In this document: one piece after another, positions 48,306-56,691 of the stretch
Layout: each line of letters opens with the position of its first letter
Position numbering within the stretch: position 1 is the first letter of the stretch
Source of the DNA: Chloroflexota bacterium
Lineage (GTDB): Bacteria > Chloroflexota > Dehalococcoidia > SM23-28-2 > JACOUE01
Direction of reading: 5' to 3'
DNA length: 64,000 bases
NCBI GenBank assembly: GCA_016178045.1
Contig: JACOUE010000034.1
Coordinates: 147-64,146 of the forward strand
Position numbers and translations under genes: made by a program
The notes under the pieces: model-generated
What the model was told of the DNA's origin: nothing
What the model saw: only the letters and a program-made list of their open reading frames with translations
Databases searched by the model: none

Positions 48306-49481
48306 TTATTCCACCAGGGCCACGATCGTCGGTCCGAAGGCGTTCTGCGGTCCTCCGACTCCCGCCACGAACTGCCAGGCGGGCGTGGCCACGAGTTCGT
48401 CCTGTATCAGGTAGCCCCAGACCATGCCGTTGTCGGGGTCACCGTCGGCGTCGCCGTCGCCCCATTTCGGCGCGCGGTCCCAGGCGGCGATGTAGAAGTT
48501 GTCGATGGCGTAGATCTCGACGTCGCCGCTGGAGCCCTGGGGCGGGAAGTCCTTGATAACGGCGATGGGAACCAGCCGGGCCGGGGCGCAGCTCCCCTTG
48601 GCCAGCTGCCGAGCCTGGTCGTAGGTGCTGGCGTCGCAGGGGGTGTAGGGGCCGGTGCCGAAGTATCGCTCGTCCCGCGCGTTGAGGGCGGTGGCGGTGT
48701 TGCGCCCCAGCTCACCGGTCTGGGCCGGGCAGCTGAGGGTCTTGCCGAACTCGACGGTCTGCGAACCCGAGTCGCATGCGTCTTGGTCCCTACTGCCGCA
48801 TTCGTTGATGATGGCGTCACGGTAGTCGTTCGTGTTGGAGCCGTAGATGCCCAGGGCGCCGAAGTTGCCGGAGCTGCCGTCTTCGCCGGCGAAGTCGCCC
48901 TTGGCGCTGAGCTGGAAGATGAAGAGCTTGCCGTCGTCGGGGGGGTCGCCCAGGACCCCGAAGTGGGTGTCGGTAGCGAAAGCGTCCTCCGTCACGGCGT
49001 CGATAGCCCAGGGCATGAGGCAGGCGCCGCTGGACCGCACCTTGGCGGCGGCGGCCGTGGCGCCGATGGAGGGATTGCCGATGTTGAACACCTGGGCGAC
49101 GAAGCTGTTGCTTTCGCGCTCAACCCTGGCGCGGATGAGGTCCATCTTGCCGTCGCCGTTGAGGTCCTCAAAGCAGAAGTCGTTGATAAGGCTGCCGCTG
49201 CAGGGCGGCGCGGTGATCTGGTCCAGGGAGACGCCGTTCTTTACGGCCCAGTCCTCAGCCTCCGTAACGGCGGCGGAGGTGTCGGGCAGTTCCTGGGCGC
49301 CGGCCAGAGCCACGGCGTCCGCCTGGTTCTGGGCCGAGCGCCGGTCACGCAGCCAGTAGGCCACGTCCGCGGTCAGCATGAGGGCGCCGAGGCCCACAAT
49401 GATAAGGAGCAGAGCCATGATCCACATCTGGCCGCGTTCGCTGCGATGAACGTCGCGGATAATTCCAAAGATTGTGTGCAT
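48306..49481 (-). CDS. tadG: TadG-like pilus-associated protein (Tad_N/TadE-G-like N-terminus)
   Basis: Start set to ATG 49481, overlapping the tadE stop (TAATG). MWIMALLLIIVGLGALMLTADVAYWL, then a large extracellular domain. Confidence 0.7.
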   Translation of the reverse strand: MHTIFGIIRDVHRSERGQMWIMALLLIIVGLGALMLTADVAYWLRDRRSAQNQADAVALAGAQELPDTSAAVTEAEDWAVKNGVSLDQITAPPCSGSLINDFCFEDLNGDGKMDLIRARVERESNSFVAQVFNIGNPSIGATAAAAKVRSSGACLMPWAIDAVTEDAFATDTHFGVLGDPPDDGKLFIFQLSAKGDFAGEDGSSGNFGALGIYGSNTNDYRDAIINECGSRDQDACDSGSQTVEFGKTLSCPAQTGELGRNTATALNARDERYFGTGPYTPCDASTYDQARQLAKGSCAPARLVPIAVIKDFPPQGSSGDVEIYAIDNFYIAAWDRAPKWGDGDADGDPDNGMVWGYLIQDELVATPAWQFVAGVGGPQNAFGPTIVALVE

Positions 49482-49972
49482 TAGTTGCACCCCCCTACCC
49501 CGTCACCACCGGTGTCTGACACCGTCAGCTCCAATCGCATGTCGCTACAGGCGTTGAAGGTTATCGCGTCGAAGGTTATAGACAGGAACACGCCCAGCGG
49601 CGTTATGAGGTTGTAGTTGTGGGAAGCGTGCACCGTCACGGAGTCGCCGCGGTCGCGGAGAGTGCTGTTGGTGTCCGGGCCGTCGGCGTAGGTGACGGTG
49701 ACCGAGGAGTCCGGGTCACCGGCAGCCAGGATGCCAGCGGAGCGGTCGTAGGCTGTGTCCTTGATCTGGGTGTAGCTAGCGCCGACAGCGCCCACACGGG
49801 CGGCTTCGCGGGCGGCGTTGGTGATGATGATCCAGCGGCTAATGCCAACCCCGAAGTCGATGACCAGGAAGAGCACGATGAGGAAGACAGGCAGGAGAAG
49901 TGCGAACTCCACCATGGACTGTCCGCGCTCGCCTTTTTGTCCCTTTCTGGCTGTCCGATTTAGCAGCTTCAT
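49481..49972 (-). CDS. tadE: TadE-like pseudopilin
   Basis: GQSMVEFALLLPVFLIVLFLVIDFG TadE motif. Confidence 0.8.
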   Translation of the reverse strand: MKLLNRTARKGQKGERGQSMVEFALLLPVFLIVLFLVIDFGVGISRWIIITNAAREAARVGAVGASYTQIKDTAYDRSAGILAAGDPDSSVTVTYADGPDTNSTLRDRGDSVTVHASHNYNLITPLGVFLSITFDAITFNACSDMRLELTVSDTGGDGVGGCN

Positions 49973-50257
49973 TGTTTACTCACCCTTCCTGGGGTTTTTC
50001 GGTAGCTGGGGCGAGTTCCCCGGGGTCCTCGCCCCAGCCACCGCTGTTTTCGCCCTAGGACGTGCCGTTCGCTTGCCTCACAAGCTTTGCGTTCCTCACA
50101 AAGCACTCGTTATCCCGGATCGTCCCGGCGCCGCCGCGGTCAGGGTTTGGGCTCTGCTGTCCCGCGCCCTGGCCCGGCACGGCCCGCCGCGAGGCTACGG
50201 CTCTTGGTCCTTCACCCCGCTCCGGTCCGCTGCGCTCGGGTGTTCCCATGCTTGTCT

Positions 50258-50440
50258 TCACAAGTAGCTCCGTATGTTGTCGCGAAGGCCGACGGCCCAC
50301 TCGCCGACGACGGAGTCGACGCCGACCGCGACCAAGACGATCGGTATGGAGATCACCATGATGATCATGGTGTACTCGACCATGTCCTGGCCTTGTTCGA
50401 TCAGCAAAAACCTGACAAGCCATTTGTAGATTCTTACCAC
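50258..50440 (-). CDS. flp: Flp-family type IVb pilin (second copy)
   Basis: 60 aa. GTG start with AAGGAG SD. EQGQDMVEYTMIIMVISIPIV Flp motif. Confidence 0.85.
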   Translation of the reverse strand: MVRIYKWLVRFLLIEQGQDMVEYTMIIMVISIPIVLVAVGVDSVVGEWAVGLRDNIRSYL

Positions 50441-50489
50441 TTGCCGGCTCCTTGGTCGGTGCGGAGGGTCCTAAGAACTCCTGCCTGGT

Positions 50490-50546
50490 GGCGGGGATGA
50501 GGGCCTGCCTGCCGGTAGGCAGGCTCTGCGGTCCCTCATCCCCGCC
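50490..50546 (-). promoter_or_regulatory. Long compound stem-loop between the two flp genes (RNA stability or attenuation element candidate)
   Basis: ggcggggatgaggg / ccctcatccccgcc (14 bp) enclosing cctgcc / ggcagg (6 bp). No T-run follows on the minus strand. Confidence 0.45.
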
Positions 50547-50559
50547 GGGCTCGAGTTCG

Positions 50560-50745
50560 TTAGAACTTGGAGAGCAGCTCGGCCTTGAGACCGTTCGCCC
50601 AGTCGCTGAAGGCGCCTTCGAGGACGCCGATGGCGGCCAGCACGATGGCCAGGCTGATGAGGACCGTGATCAGGGCGTACTCGACCATGTCCTGGCCCTG
50701 TTCCCGGCTCACCAGGTCCCTGAGCCACACAAACATTCGCAGCAT
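50560..50745 (-). CDS. flp: Flp-family type IVb pilin (first copy)
   Basis: Start trimmed to ATG 50745 (GGAGGA SD). 61 aa. EQGQDMVEYALITVLISLAIV. Confidence 0.88.
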   Translation of the reverse strand: MLRMFVWLRDLVSREQGQDMVEYALITVLISLAIVLAAIGVLEGAFSDWANGLKAELLSKF

Positions 50746-50934
50746 TTTGTTTTTTCCTCCCTTTTGTTTACTTTCGGGTTTCGCGGACTTTTTCCGCCCC
50801 CAGTTGTTGCCCCGATAGAATGGGGCTGGTATGCTAAATGGCACGGCACCGAAGGGGACATAAAGACGCCTTCTGGCCAGGGTAGGGGGCAATACCTTGG
50901 AAGCGTCGAAAGGTCCTAGCGGTGCCGGTTCTTC

Positions 50935-51183
50935 TTATTCCGCTCCTCTATATGGATCACCTCCTTTCGTTTCGGTCTGGTTCAACTGCTTCTTCAGCTC
51001 GATAAGGAATAATGGCGAAGGTCTTACGTCGCGGCGGGCGGCGCTGATGCGGACGGCCACCTCAAGGAGCGGTTCGAGCTCCTCTCGGAACTGCGGGTAC
51101 CTGTCCAAGCACTCTTCCAAAACGTCCTCACGTTCCATGGCCTCCAACGCATCAGCTAGCGCGCGACTTAGAGTAGTAGCCAA
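50935..51183 (-). CDS. Small putative anti-sigma factor (N-terminal anti-sigma-like helix only, no TM)
   Basis: Directly follows or overlaps the ECF sigma gene. EDVLEECLDRYPQFREELEPLLEVA resembles anti-sigma N-termini. An alternative start is ATG 51138. Confidence 0.4.
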   Translation of the reverse strand: MATTLSRALADALEAMEREDVLEECLDRYPQFREELEPLLEVAVRISAARRDVRPSPLFLIELKKQLNQTETKGGDPYRGAE

Positions 51184-51745
51184 GGTCCTCTCCCTCCAGC
51201 ATCCGGCGGAGCGCGGACAGCGCTCTGTACTGAATGACCCGGACGGCGCCGACGCTCTTGCCGAGCACCTGGGCGATGTCCGGATAACTCAGGCCGTCTA
51301 CGAAGCGCATCACGATGACCTGGCGCTGGTCCCCACGGAGGTGGCGTACACCCTCCCAGATGCGCTCGCCGTTGACCTTGGCCTCACAAGTTTCTTCCGG
51401 CGAATAAAAACTGCCCTCCGCGTGCACCGTTTCGGGCAGCTGGGCAGTGCCGTTGTTCTTTTGCAACTTCTTGTGGTTCATGGTGAGGTTGTAAGCGATG
51501 CGAAGGAGCCAGGCAAGGAACGGCACCCCACGCATCTCGTAGCGGTGGATAGCTTCTAGGGCGTTGAGGAAAGTCTGCGCGGTGAGATCTTCGGCGACTT
51601 GAACGTCGTTCGCGAGGTAGTAGATGTGGCGGAAGACTTTGAAGACGTACTTCTCATACAGCTGGCCGAAGGCCTCGCGGTCGCCTTCGGCAGCGAGAGC
51701 TATGAGCTGTCCCTCATCGGTCTCTTGGAGGCTAGACCGACGCAT
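51152..51745 (-). CDS. ECF-type RNA polymerase sigma-70 family factor
   Basis: Region 2 (FGQLYEKYVFKVFRHIYYL..DLTAQTFLNA) and region 4 (LSYPDIAQVLGKSVGAVRVIQYRALSALR). Confidence 0.9.
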   Translation of the reverse strand: MRRSSLQETDEGQLIALAAEGDREAFGQLYEKYVFKVFRHIYYLANDVQVAEDLTAQTFLNALEAIHRYEMRGVPFLAWLLRIAYNLTMNHKKLQKNNGTAQLPETVHAEGSFYSPEETCEAKVNGERIWEGVRHLRGDQRQVIVMRFVDGLSYPDIAQVLGKSVGAVRVIQYRALSALRRMLEGEDLGYYSKSRAS

Positions 51746-51940
51746 TCCCCTCCCCCTTGGGCTAGCACGACCCTTTTTTGTTGCCCCGCTGTTCTCCGGC
51801 TAAAGCGAACAGCTAGGCCTTTTCACTTAACTATAACAATCTAGGTTCTCAGATGTTACACGACGCCCAAGCGTGGGACAAGACCTTTTCAAGGTATTCT
51901 CTACTAAATTTTCTGGAATTAACCGTTTATTAACGTTCTG

Positions 51941-51971
51941 TTGACAAGTGGTAAGGCCAGCCTGACATAAT
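51941..51971 (+). promoter_or_regulatory. Possible promoter of the nitroreductase gene in an AT-rich divergent intergenic region
   Basis: TTGACA-N19-CATAAT (long spacer); AAGGGGG SD before GTG 52002. Confidence 0.3.
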
Positions 51972-52001
51972 GTAGCGACTGTCCGAAAGGGGGTTTTTCC
52001 C

Positions 52002-52787
52002 GTGGAGTTCAAGCAAGTGATAGGTAGGCGCCGCTCCATACGTTACTTCCAGCCCTGGCGACCGGTAGAGCGCGAGAAGATCCAGACGATCCTGGAGGCG
52101 GCGCGCCTGGCCTCCTGCGCGGTCAACGCCTCGTTCCTGCGGGCCATCGTGGTGCAGCGGGACAGCCTGCCACGGGAGACCCTGGACATGCTGAAGACGC
52201 CGGTCTCCGCCAACAACATCGAGCTGGCCCCGGTCCACATCTACTTCTACGCGGACCTGGGGGCCGTCCCCCGGAGCCGGGGCGCCACCCTCAAGCAGCT
52301 GGTGGACGCGGGCGCTCTTAATCCCAGCCACGGCTGGAGCCACGAGTTCGTGGAGACGTTCGTGTGGCCCCAGATCCTGGAGCCGATGACCAAGAGCCCG
52401 GTACAGCACTCGGTGGGGGCGGCCGCCGACTGCGGTATGGCCATCTGCCAGGCCCTCCTCTGCGCCTTCGACGAGGGGCTGGGCGCCTGCATGAGCGCCT
52501 TCAACCCCGGCATCGCCAAGCAGGCGTTCGCGGTCCCCGACGACTGGATGCCCATCTTCGTCATGCTGGTGGGTTACCCGGCGGAGTCCTGGGAGGCCGG
52601 CGGCCAGCGCCCGCGGCCGCCATTCGGGGAGCTGTACTTCGAGGGGAAGCACGGCAAGCCGTTCGAGCGGGACCCGGGCGTGGTAAAGGAGCTGGAGGCG
52701 GCGGGGATGATCCAGCGGGCGGCGCCTCTGCCGTGGCGGAAGGACGAGGTGCGGGCGGTCTCGCGGATGCTGGGGCTGCCGGAGTAG
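52002..52787 (+). CDS. Nitroreductase-family protein
   Basis: GRRRSIRYF N-terminal motif; nitroreductase fold length (261 aa). Confidence 0.8.
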   Translation: MEFKQVIGRRRSIRYFQPWRPVEREKIQTILEAARLASCAVNASFLRAIVVQRDSLPRETLDMLKTPVSANNIELAPVHIYFYADLGAVPRSRGATLKQLVDAGALNPSHGWSHEFVETFVWPQILEPMTKSPVQHSVGAAADCGMAICQALLCAFDEGLGACMSAFNPGIAKQAFAVPDDWMPIFVMLVGYPAESWEAGGQRPRPPFGELYFEGKHGKPFERDPGVVKELEAAGMIQRAAPLPWRKDEVRAVSRMLGLPE

Positions 52788-52790
52788 GGT

Positions 52791-53141
52791 ATGGCGCTGG
52801 GGAAGCCGCTAACCGAATACGAAAGTGTCAAGAAGTGGTTGGCCGGCCTCCAGAGGCAGTGGGGCGAGAACCCGGCGGACGCCGAGGAGCGGCTGCAAAC
52901 CCTCGAGAAGTTCTGCGAGTTCGTGGGGCGGGACCCCGATGCCATCATCCAGGAGTGCGTGCGGGAAGTCGAGAGCGGTAAGCGGATCAGCGTGAAGGGC
53001 CGCCGCTTTTACCACGAGAGGATCGCTGAGTTCCAGTCCTCAGCCCCGGGCGACCCACGGACGCAGGTGCAGTGGGGCAACACCGTCCGCAGCTTCCTCA
53101 TCTACAACGGCATCTTCATGCAGTCGGGCGCGCAGTTCTAG
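52791..53141 (+). CDS. Stand-alone tyrosine-recombinase N-terminal (SAM-like/core-binding) domain-like protein; possible integrase remnant
   Basis: 116 aa. Pattern ..SVKKWLAGL....E.RLQTLEKFCEFVGRDPDAII......Y...I..F........T....NTVRSFLIYNGI resembles integrase N-terminal domains. No catalytic domain follows (a convergent gene starts at 53138). Confidence 0.35.
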   Translation: MALGKPLTEYESVKKWLAGLQRQWGENPADAEERLQTLEKFCEFVGRDPDAIIQECVREVESGKRISVKGRRFYHERIAEFQSSAPGDPRTQVQWGNTVRSFLIYNGIFMQSGAQF

Positions 53142-54145
53142 GGACCCAGGCGGGCCATCTCCAGCCCGGCCAGGAGGAACAGGCCGGTGCCGAACTTCTC
53201 GGTGCCGGTGGGGATGCTCTGGTAGAACTCGAAGGGGCCGGGCGGCGTCTGCATGGACGCGCCGACCACCTTGCCCTCGGCGGTCACCTTCTCTTGGAGG
53301 CCCGCCCAGCCGCGACGGGCGTTCTCCAGATACCGGGGCTCCAGGCTGCCCTCGCGGACGCCTCTGGCGAAGACGTAGACGAACATGGCGGAGCAGGACG
53401 TCTCCAGGTAGGCGTCGGGCCGGTCGAGGACGGTCTGCCAGAGCCCTGTGCGGTCCTGGAGCGACGCCAGACACGCCGCCTGACGCGCCAGGATGGCCGA
53501 GAAGGCCTCTCTGTCGTTCGAATCGTGTCCCTGGTGTCCTATAATCTCCAGGAGGCTTATGGCGAGCCAGCCGTTGCCCCTTCCCCATAAGCAAGGCGAG
53601 CGCTGGCCGGTCTCCTCGTTCCAGACGTGGTAGAAGAGGCCGGTCGGCTCGTCGAGGAGGTGCCGGATGTGAAGCTGCAACTGGCGGACGGCCTCTTTCG
53701 TGTAGCGGGCGTCCCCCTCCAGGGCGGCGACCCGGCACAGGGCTGGCACCACGAAGAAGGGCACGTCCACCCACAGCTCGGGCCGGTCCGGGTGAGGGGT
53801 TATGCCGCCGACCCTGGTACGGGGCGCCTCGTTCATGAGCGCGTCGGCGATGCGCCTGGCCCACCGGCGGTAGCGGTCGTCGTCCGTGGCCGTGTACAGC
53901 ATGAGCGCCGGCGGGGCCAGGCCGGCCCAGAACCAGACCCAGCGGCTCGCGTCGAAGCCGTGGTCGATATAGGCGTCCATCCACCGGCGGGAGTAGTCGA
54001 GGTAGCGGGCGTAGCCGGTGGCCTCGTAGAGGGCGAGCATGCCCTGCATGAGGACGGCGTCCCCCCAGTGGCGCGTGCCCTGATCGTCCGTTTGGTCGAG
54101 CAGGGTGCGCTCGGCGACGCGGCGGACGGCTTCGTCCAGGGGCAT
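53138..54145 (-). CDS. GH88/GH105-family unsaturated glucuronyl/rhamnogalacturonyl hydrolase-like protein
   Basis: 335 aa, (alpha/alpha)6-type sequence with W..GV.. / WGRGNGW motifs typical of YteR/UGL-like enzymes. Confidence 0.7.
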   Translation of the reverse strand: MPLDEAVRRVAERTLLDQTDDQGTRHWGDAVLMQGMLALYEATGYARYLDYSRRWMDAYIDHGFDASRWVWFWAGLAPPALMLYTATDDDRYRRWARRIADALMNEAPRTRVGGITPHPDRPELWVDVPFFVVPALCRVAALEGDARYTKEAVRQLQLHIRHLLDEPTGLFYHVWNEETGQRSPCLWGRGNGWLAISLLEIIGHQGHDSNDREAFSAILARQAACLASLQDRTGLWQTVLDRPDAYLETSCSAMFVYVFARGVREGSLEPRYLENARRGWAGLQEKVTAEGKVVGASMQTPPGPFEFYQSIPTGTEKFGTGLFLLAGLEMARLGP

Positions 54146-54148
54146 CGG

Positions 54149-54670
54149 CTAGATGGGGGCGCCGCGGAGGCCCAGGAGCCCGCGGAGGTGCTGGATCTCG
54201 CCCAGGTGAGTGCAGCCGTGGGTGAGGCACATGTTCCCCAGGACGTTGCGCACCGGCATCTCGCCCAGGGGCTTGACCGTGGTCCTCTGCTCGAGGTAGG
54301 CGTCGTCGATCCCCGCCAGGAAGGAGTCCGTGGCCTGCCAGACGCCTTCCGCGTACTCCAGGAACGCCTCGGCCGAGGGCAAGCGCAGCGCCCGCGCCTC
54401 CTCCAGGGGCATGCCCGTGCCCTGGGCGATGCGGTCAAGCCCGAATTTTTCGTTCCAGCCGCCCTCCAGCCACACGGTGGGCTTGCGCTGGAGGACGTAC
54501 TGGACGACGTTGTCCTCCGTCCGGACGTAGTGCCAGGCCACGAAGGCGATGGGGACTCCCCGCTCGTTGGCGCACCAGTGAAGCTGGTCGGGAGTGAGGT
54601 CCTTGAGCATGTCGTTGTACGAGCCGTGGAGCTGGCGGAGGCCGTCGCGGATAAACTGCGCTACGCTCAT
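54149..54670 (-). CDS. DinB-family (DUF664-like) four-helix-bundle protein
   Basis: 173 aa; His-containing motifs (AWHYVRTED, LTHGCTHLGEIQHL); AAAGGAG SD. Confidence 0.75.
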   Translation of the reverse strand: MSVAQFIRDGLRQLHGSYNDMLKDLTPDQLHWCANERGVPIAFVAWHYVRTEDNVVQYVLQRKPTVWLEGGWNEKFGLDRIAQGTGMPLEEARALRLPSAEAFLEYAEGVWQATDSFLAGIDDAYLEQRTTVKPLGEMPVRNVLGNMCLTHGCTHLGEIQHLRGLLGLRGAPI

Positions 54671-54702
54671 GGGCGACTCCTTTCTCTGGCGGGGCTGTCG
54701 CT

Positions 54703-54731
54703 AATCTAGGGTGCGCCGGGAGCGGTGTCAA
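54703..54731 (-). promoter_or_regulatory. Sigma70-type promoter of the DinB/GH88 pair
   Basis: Minus strand: GCTTGACACCG..N17..TAGATT. Confidence 0.45.
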
Positions 54732-54753
54732 GCAGTCGTGCCCTGTGTGTTCC

Positions 54754-54782
54754 TTGACACGGCGACGCCGTCCAGAGAGAAT
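54754..54782 (+). promoter_or_regulatory. Divergent sigma70-type promoter of the metallophosphoesterase gene
   Basis: TTGACA-N17-GAGAAT, about 35 nt upstream of TTG 54818. Confidence 0.4.
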
Positions 54783-54817
54783 GCCCGCGAGGGGCGCGGA
54801 TTGCGAGTAGAACGCTG

Positions 54818-56623
54818 TTGGAGCTGACGCGGCGGCGGTTAACCCGCCGCCGCCTGCTGAGCGGCGGCGTTACTCTGAGCGCGGGGCTGGCCCTCTCGCT
54901 GGCGTGCAGGGGCGGCGGCAAGCAGTCCCTCCCGACGACGCTCCTAAGGACGATCGTGTTCGAACCGGACGGAGTGACTCTCACCCAGGGGCCCGGTGAG
55001 CCGTACCAGGTGCGGACGGACCTGGCGGAGGCGCAGGTGGGGAGGGAGAAGCGGCGGCGTTCGTTCCTGGTGTTCCATCACCTGACCGACGCACAGGTGG
55101 TCGACGAGGAGTCGCCGCTTCGCAGCGAGTGGTTTGACAGCTGCCCCGTTCCCGTCATTCCGACCGCCTTCCGGCCCCACGAGGCGATGAGCCTGCACCT
55201 GGCCAACTCCGCCATCCGCCAGGCGAACCGCATCACCGAGAGCCCGGTAACGGGCCGCGCCGTCGACCTCGCTGTCCACACCGGTGACGCCATCGACAAC
55301 GCCCAGATAAACGAGCTCCGCTGGTTCATTGCTCTGATGGATGGGGGCGAGGTGAACCCGGACAGCGGCGGCCCCGGCTACGAGGGCGTGCAGGAGGAAA
55401 GCCCCAGCGCCGACTTCCCGGACCTGGTGGAAGAGGCGCAGAAGCCCTTCCAGGCGACGGGGATCCGCTACCCCTGGTACAGCGTCGTCGGTAACGACGA
55501 CGTGCTGGTACAGGGGAACTTTGTGCCCGACGAAGCGTCGAGGGCCATCGCGCTGGGCGGGGAGAAGGTGGTGGACCTGGCGCCCGCCTTGAAGGAGGAG
55601 GTGTGCAGCGACCCATCCGCCCTCCTCGACCCCGACTACGCCGATCAGGTGCTGTCAGACCCTAAGACGCAGGTGGCCAGGGTCACTCCCGACCTGGGGC
55701 GGCGGCTGGTCTCCCGCAGAGAGTGGATACGGCAGCACTTCAACACGAAGGCGATCCCCGGCCCGCTGGGGCACGGCTTCACCGAGGCGAATCTGAAGGA
55801 GGGGAGCGCTTACTACGTCTTCGAACACGGTCCGATCTCGTTCGTCGGGCTGGACACGACCAGCCGGGGCGGTTTCTCGGCGGGAAGCATCGACCGGGAC
55901 CAGTTCGAGTGGTTGGAGGAGGAGCTCGTCTGGCGCAGCCGGCGCTACTTCGACGCGAAGGGGAGAGAGGTCACCGGGAAGAACGAGCCGCGGCTCATCG
56001 TCGTCCTTTCGCACCACACGCTGTCCAGCCTGAACAACCCGTTTCTGAACCTGAAGCGGCGACGACCGCCGGCGCTGGCGGAGGAGTTCGAAGCGCTGCT
56101 CCATCGCTTCCGCAACGTAGTCCTGCACATCGCCGGTCACAGCCACCAGAACCGCGTCTTGGCCCGCGCCGACCCCAGCAAGAGGACGCCGGGGTACTGG
56201 GAGGTGAACACGAGCTCCCAGCTGGACTTCCCCATGCAGTCGCGGCTGGTGGAGGTGGTAGACAACGGCGACACGACGCTGTCGATCTTCTGCACCGTGT
56301 ACGACCTGGCGGCTCCCCTCGACCCGGCGCAGGCCAAGGATCCGACGCCCGCTGATGGTGTGAACGAGGAGCAACTGGCCTCGATGGCCCGCCGCGTGGC
56401 GGCGGCGGACCCCCAGCTGAACCTGGAGGCGGGGGGACTGGCGGCGAGCGACCGGAATGTGGAGCTGATCCTTCCGGCCCCATTTGACCTCTCGAACCTG
56501 AACCCGCCGCCCCCCCACCGGGAGCTGATCGGGCAGGAGGCTAGGCGCTACCATCGCAAGGAGCTGCTGACGCTGGGGCTGGGCGCCCTTGCGAAGCTGA
56601 CCGGTGTCGCGTCCCAGACGTAG
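54818..56623 (+). CDS. Tat-exported (lipobox) calcineurin-like metallophosphoesterase
   Basis: TRRRLLSGGVTLSAGLALSLAC signal; HTGDAIDN, VVGNDD, LSHHTL, AGHSHQN metal-binding motifs. Confidence 0.85.
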   Translation: MELTRRRLTRRRLLSGGVTLSAGLALSLACRGGGKQSLPTTLLRTIVFEPDGVTLTQGPGEPYQVRTDLAEAQVGREKRRRSFLVFHHLTDAQVVDEESPLRSEWFDSCPVPVIPTAFRPHEAMSLHLANSAIRQANRITESPVTGRAVDLAVHTGDAIDNAQINELRWFIALMDGGEVNPDSGGPGYEGVQEESPSADFPDLVEEAQKPFQATGIRYPWYSVVGNDDVLVQGNFVPDEASRAIALGGEKVVDLAPALKEEVCSDPSALLDPDYADQVLSDPKTQVARVTPDLGRRLVSRREWIRQHFNTKAIPGPLGHGFTEANLKEGSAYYVFEHGPISFVGLDTTSRGGFSAGSIDRDQFEWLEEELVWRSRRYFDAKGREVTGKNEPRLIVVLSHHTLSSLNNPFLNLKRRRPPALAEEFEALLHRFRNVVLHIAGHSHQNRVLARADPSKRTPGYWEVNTSSQLDFPMQSRLVEVVDNGDTTLSIFCTVYDLAAPLDPAQAKDPTPADGVNEEQLASMARRVAAADPQLNLEAGGLAASDRNVELILPAPFDLSNLNPPPPHRELIGQEARRYHRKELLTLGLGALAKLTGVASQT

Positions 56624-56645
56624 GACCCTGCGAGGGGAAGGAGAA

Positions 56646-56669
56646 GGGGGGCGGTAACGACCGCCCCCC
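56646..56669. terminator. Bidirectional hairpin between convergent genes
   Basis: ggggggcggt-aacg-accgcccccc (10-bp GC stem). Confidence 0.55.
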
Positions 56670-56691
56670 CTGCAGTCTGCGCTGGTTCGGC

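Noticed and set aside
50746-51900. ECF-type promoter (GGAAC-N16-CGT-like) upstream of flp1 or of the sigma gene itself.
   Set aside because: Only weak partial matches were found (for example GAACC..., CGTCT). Nothing is convincing enough to report.
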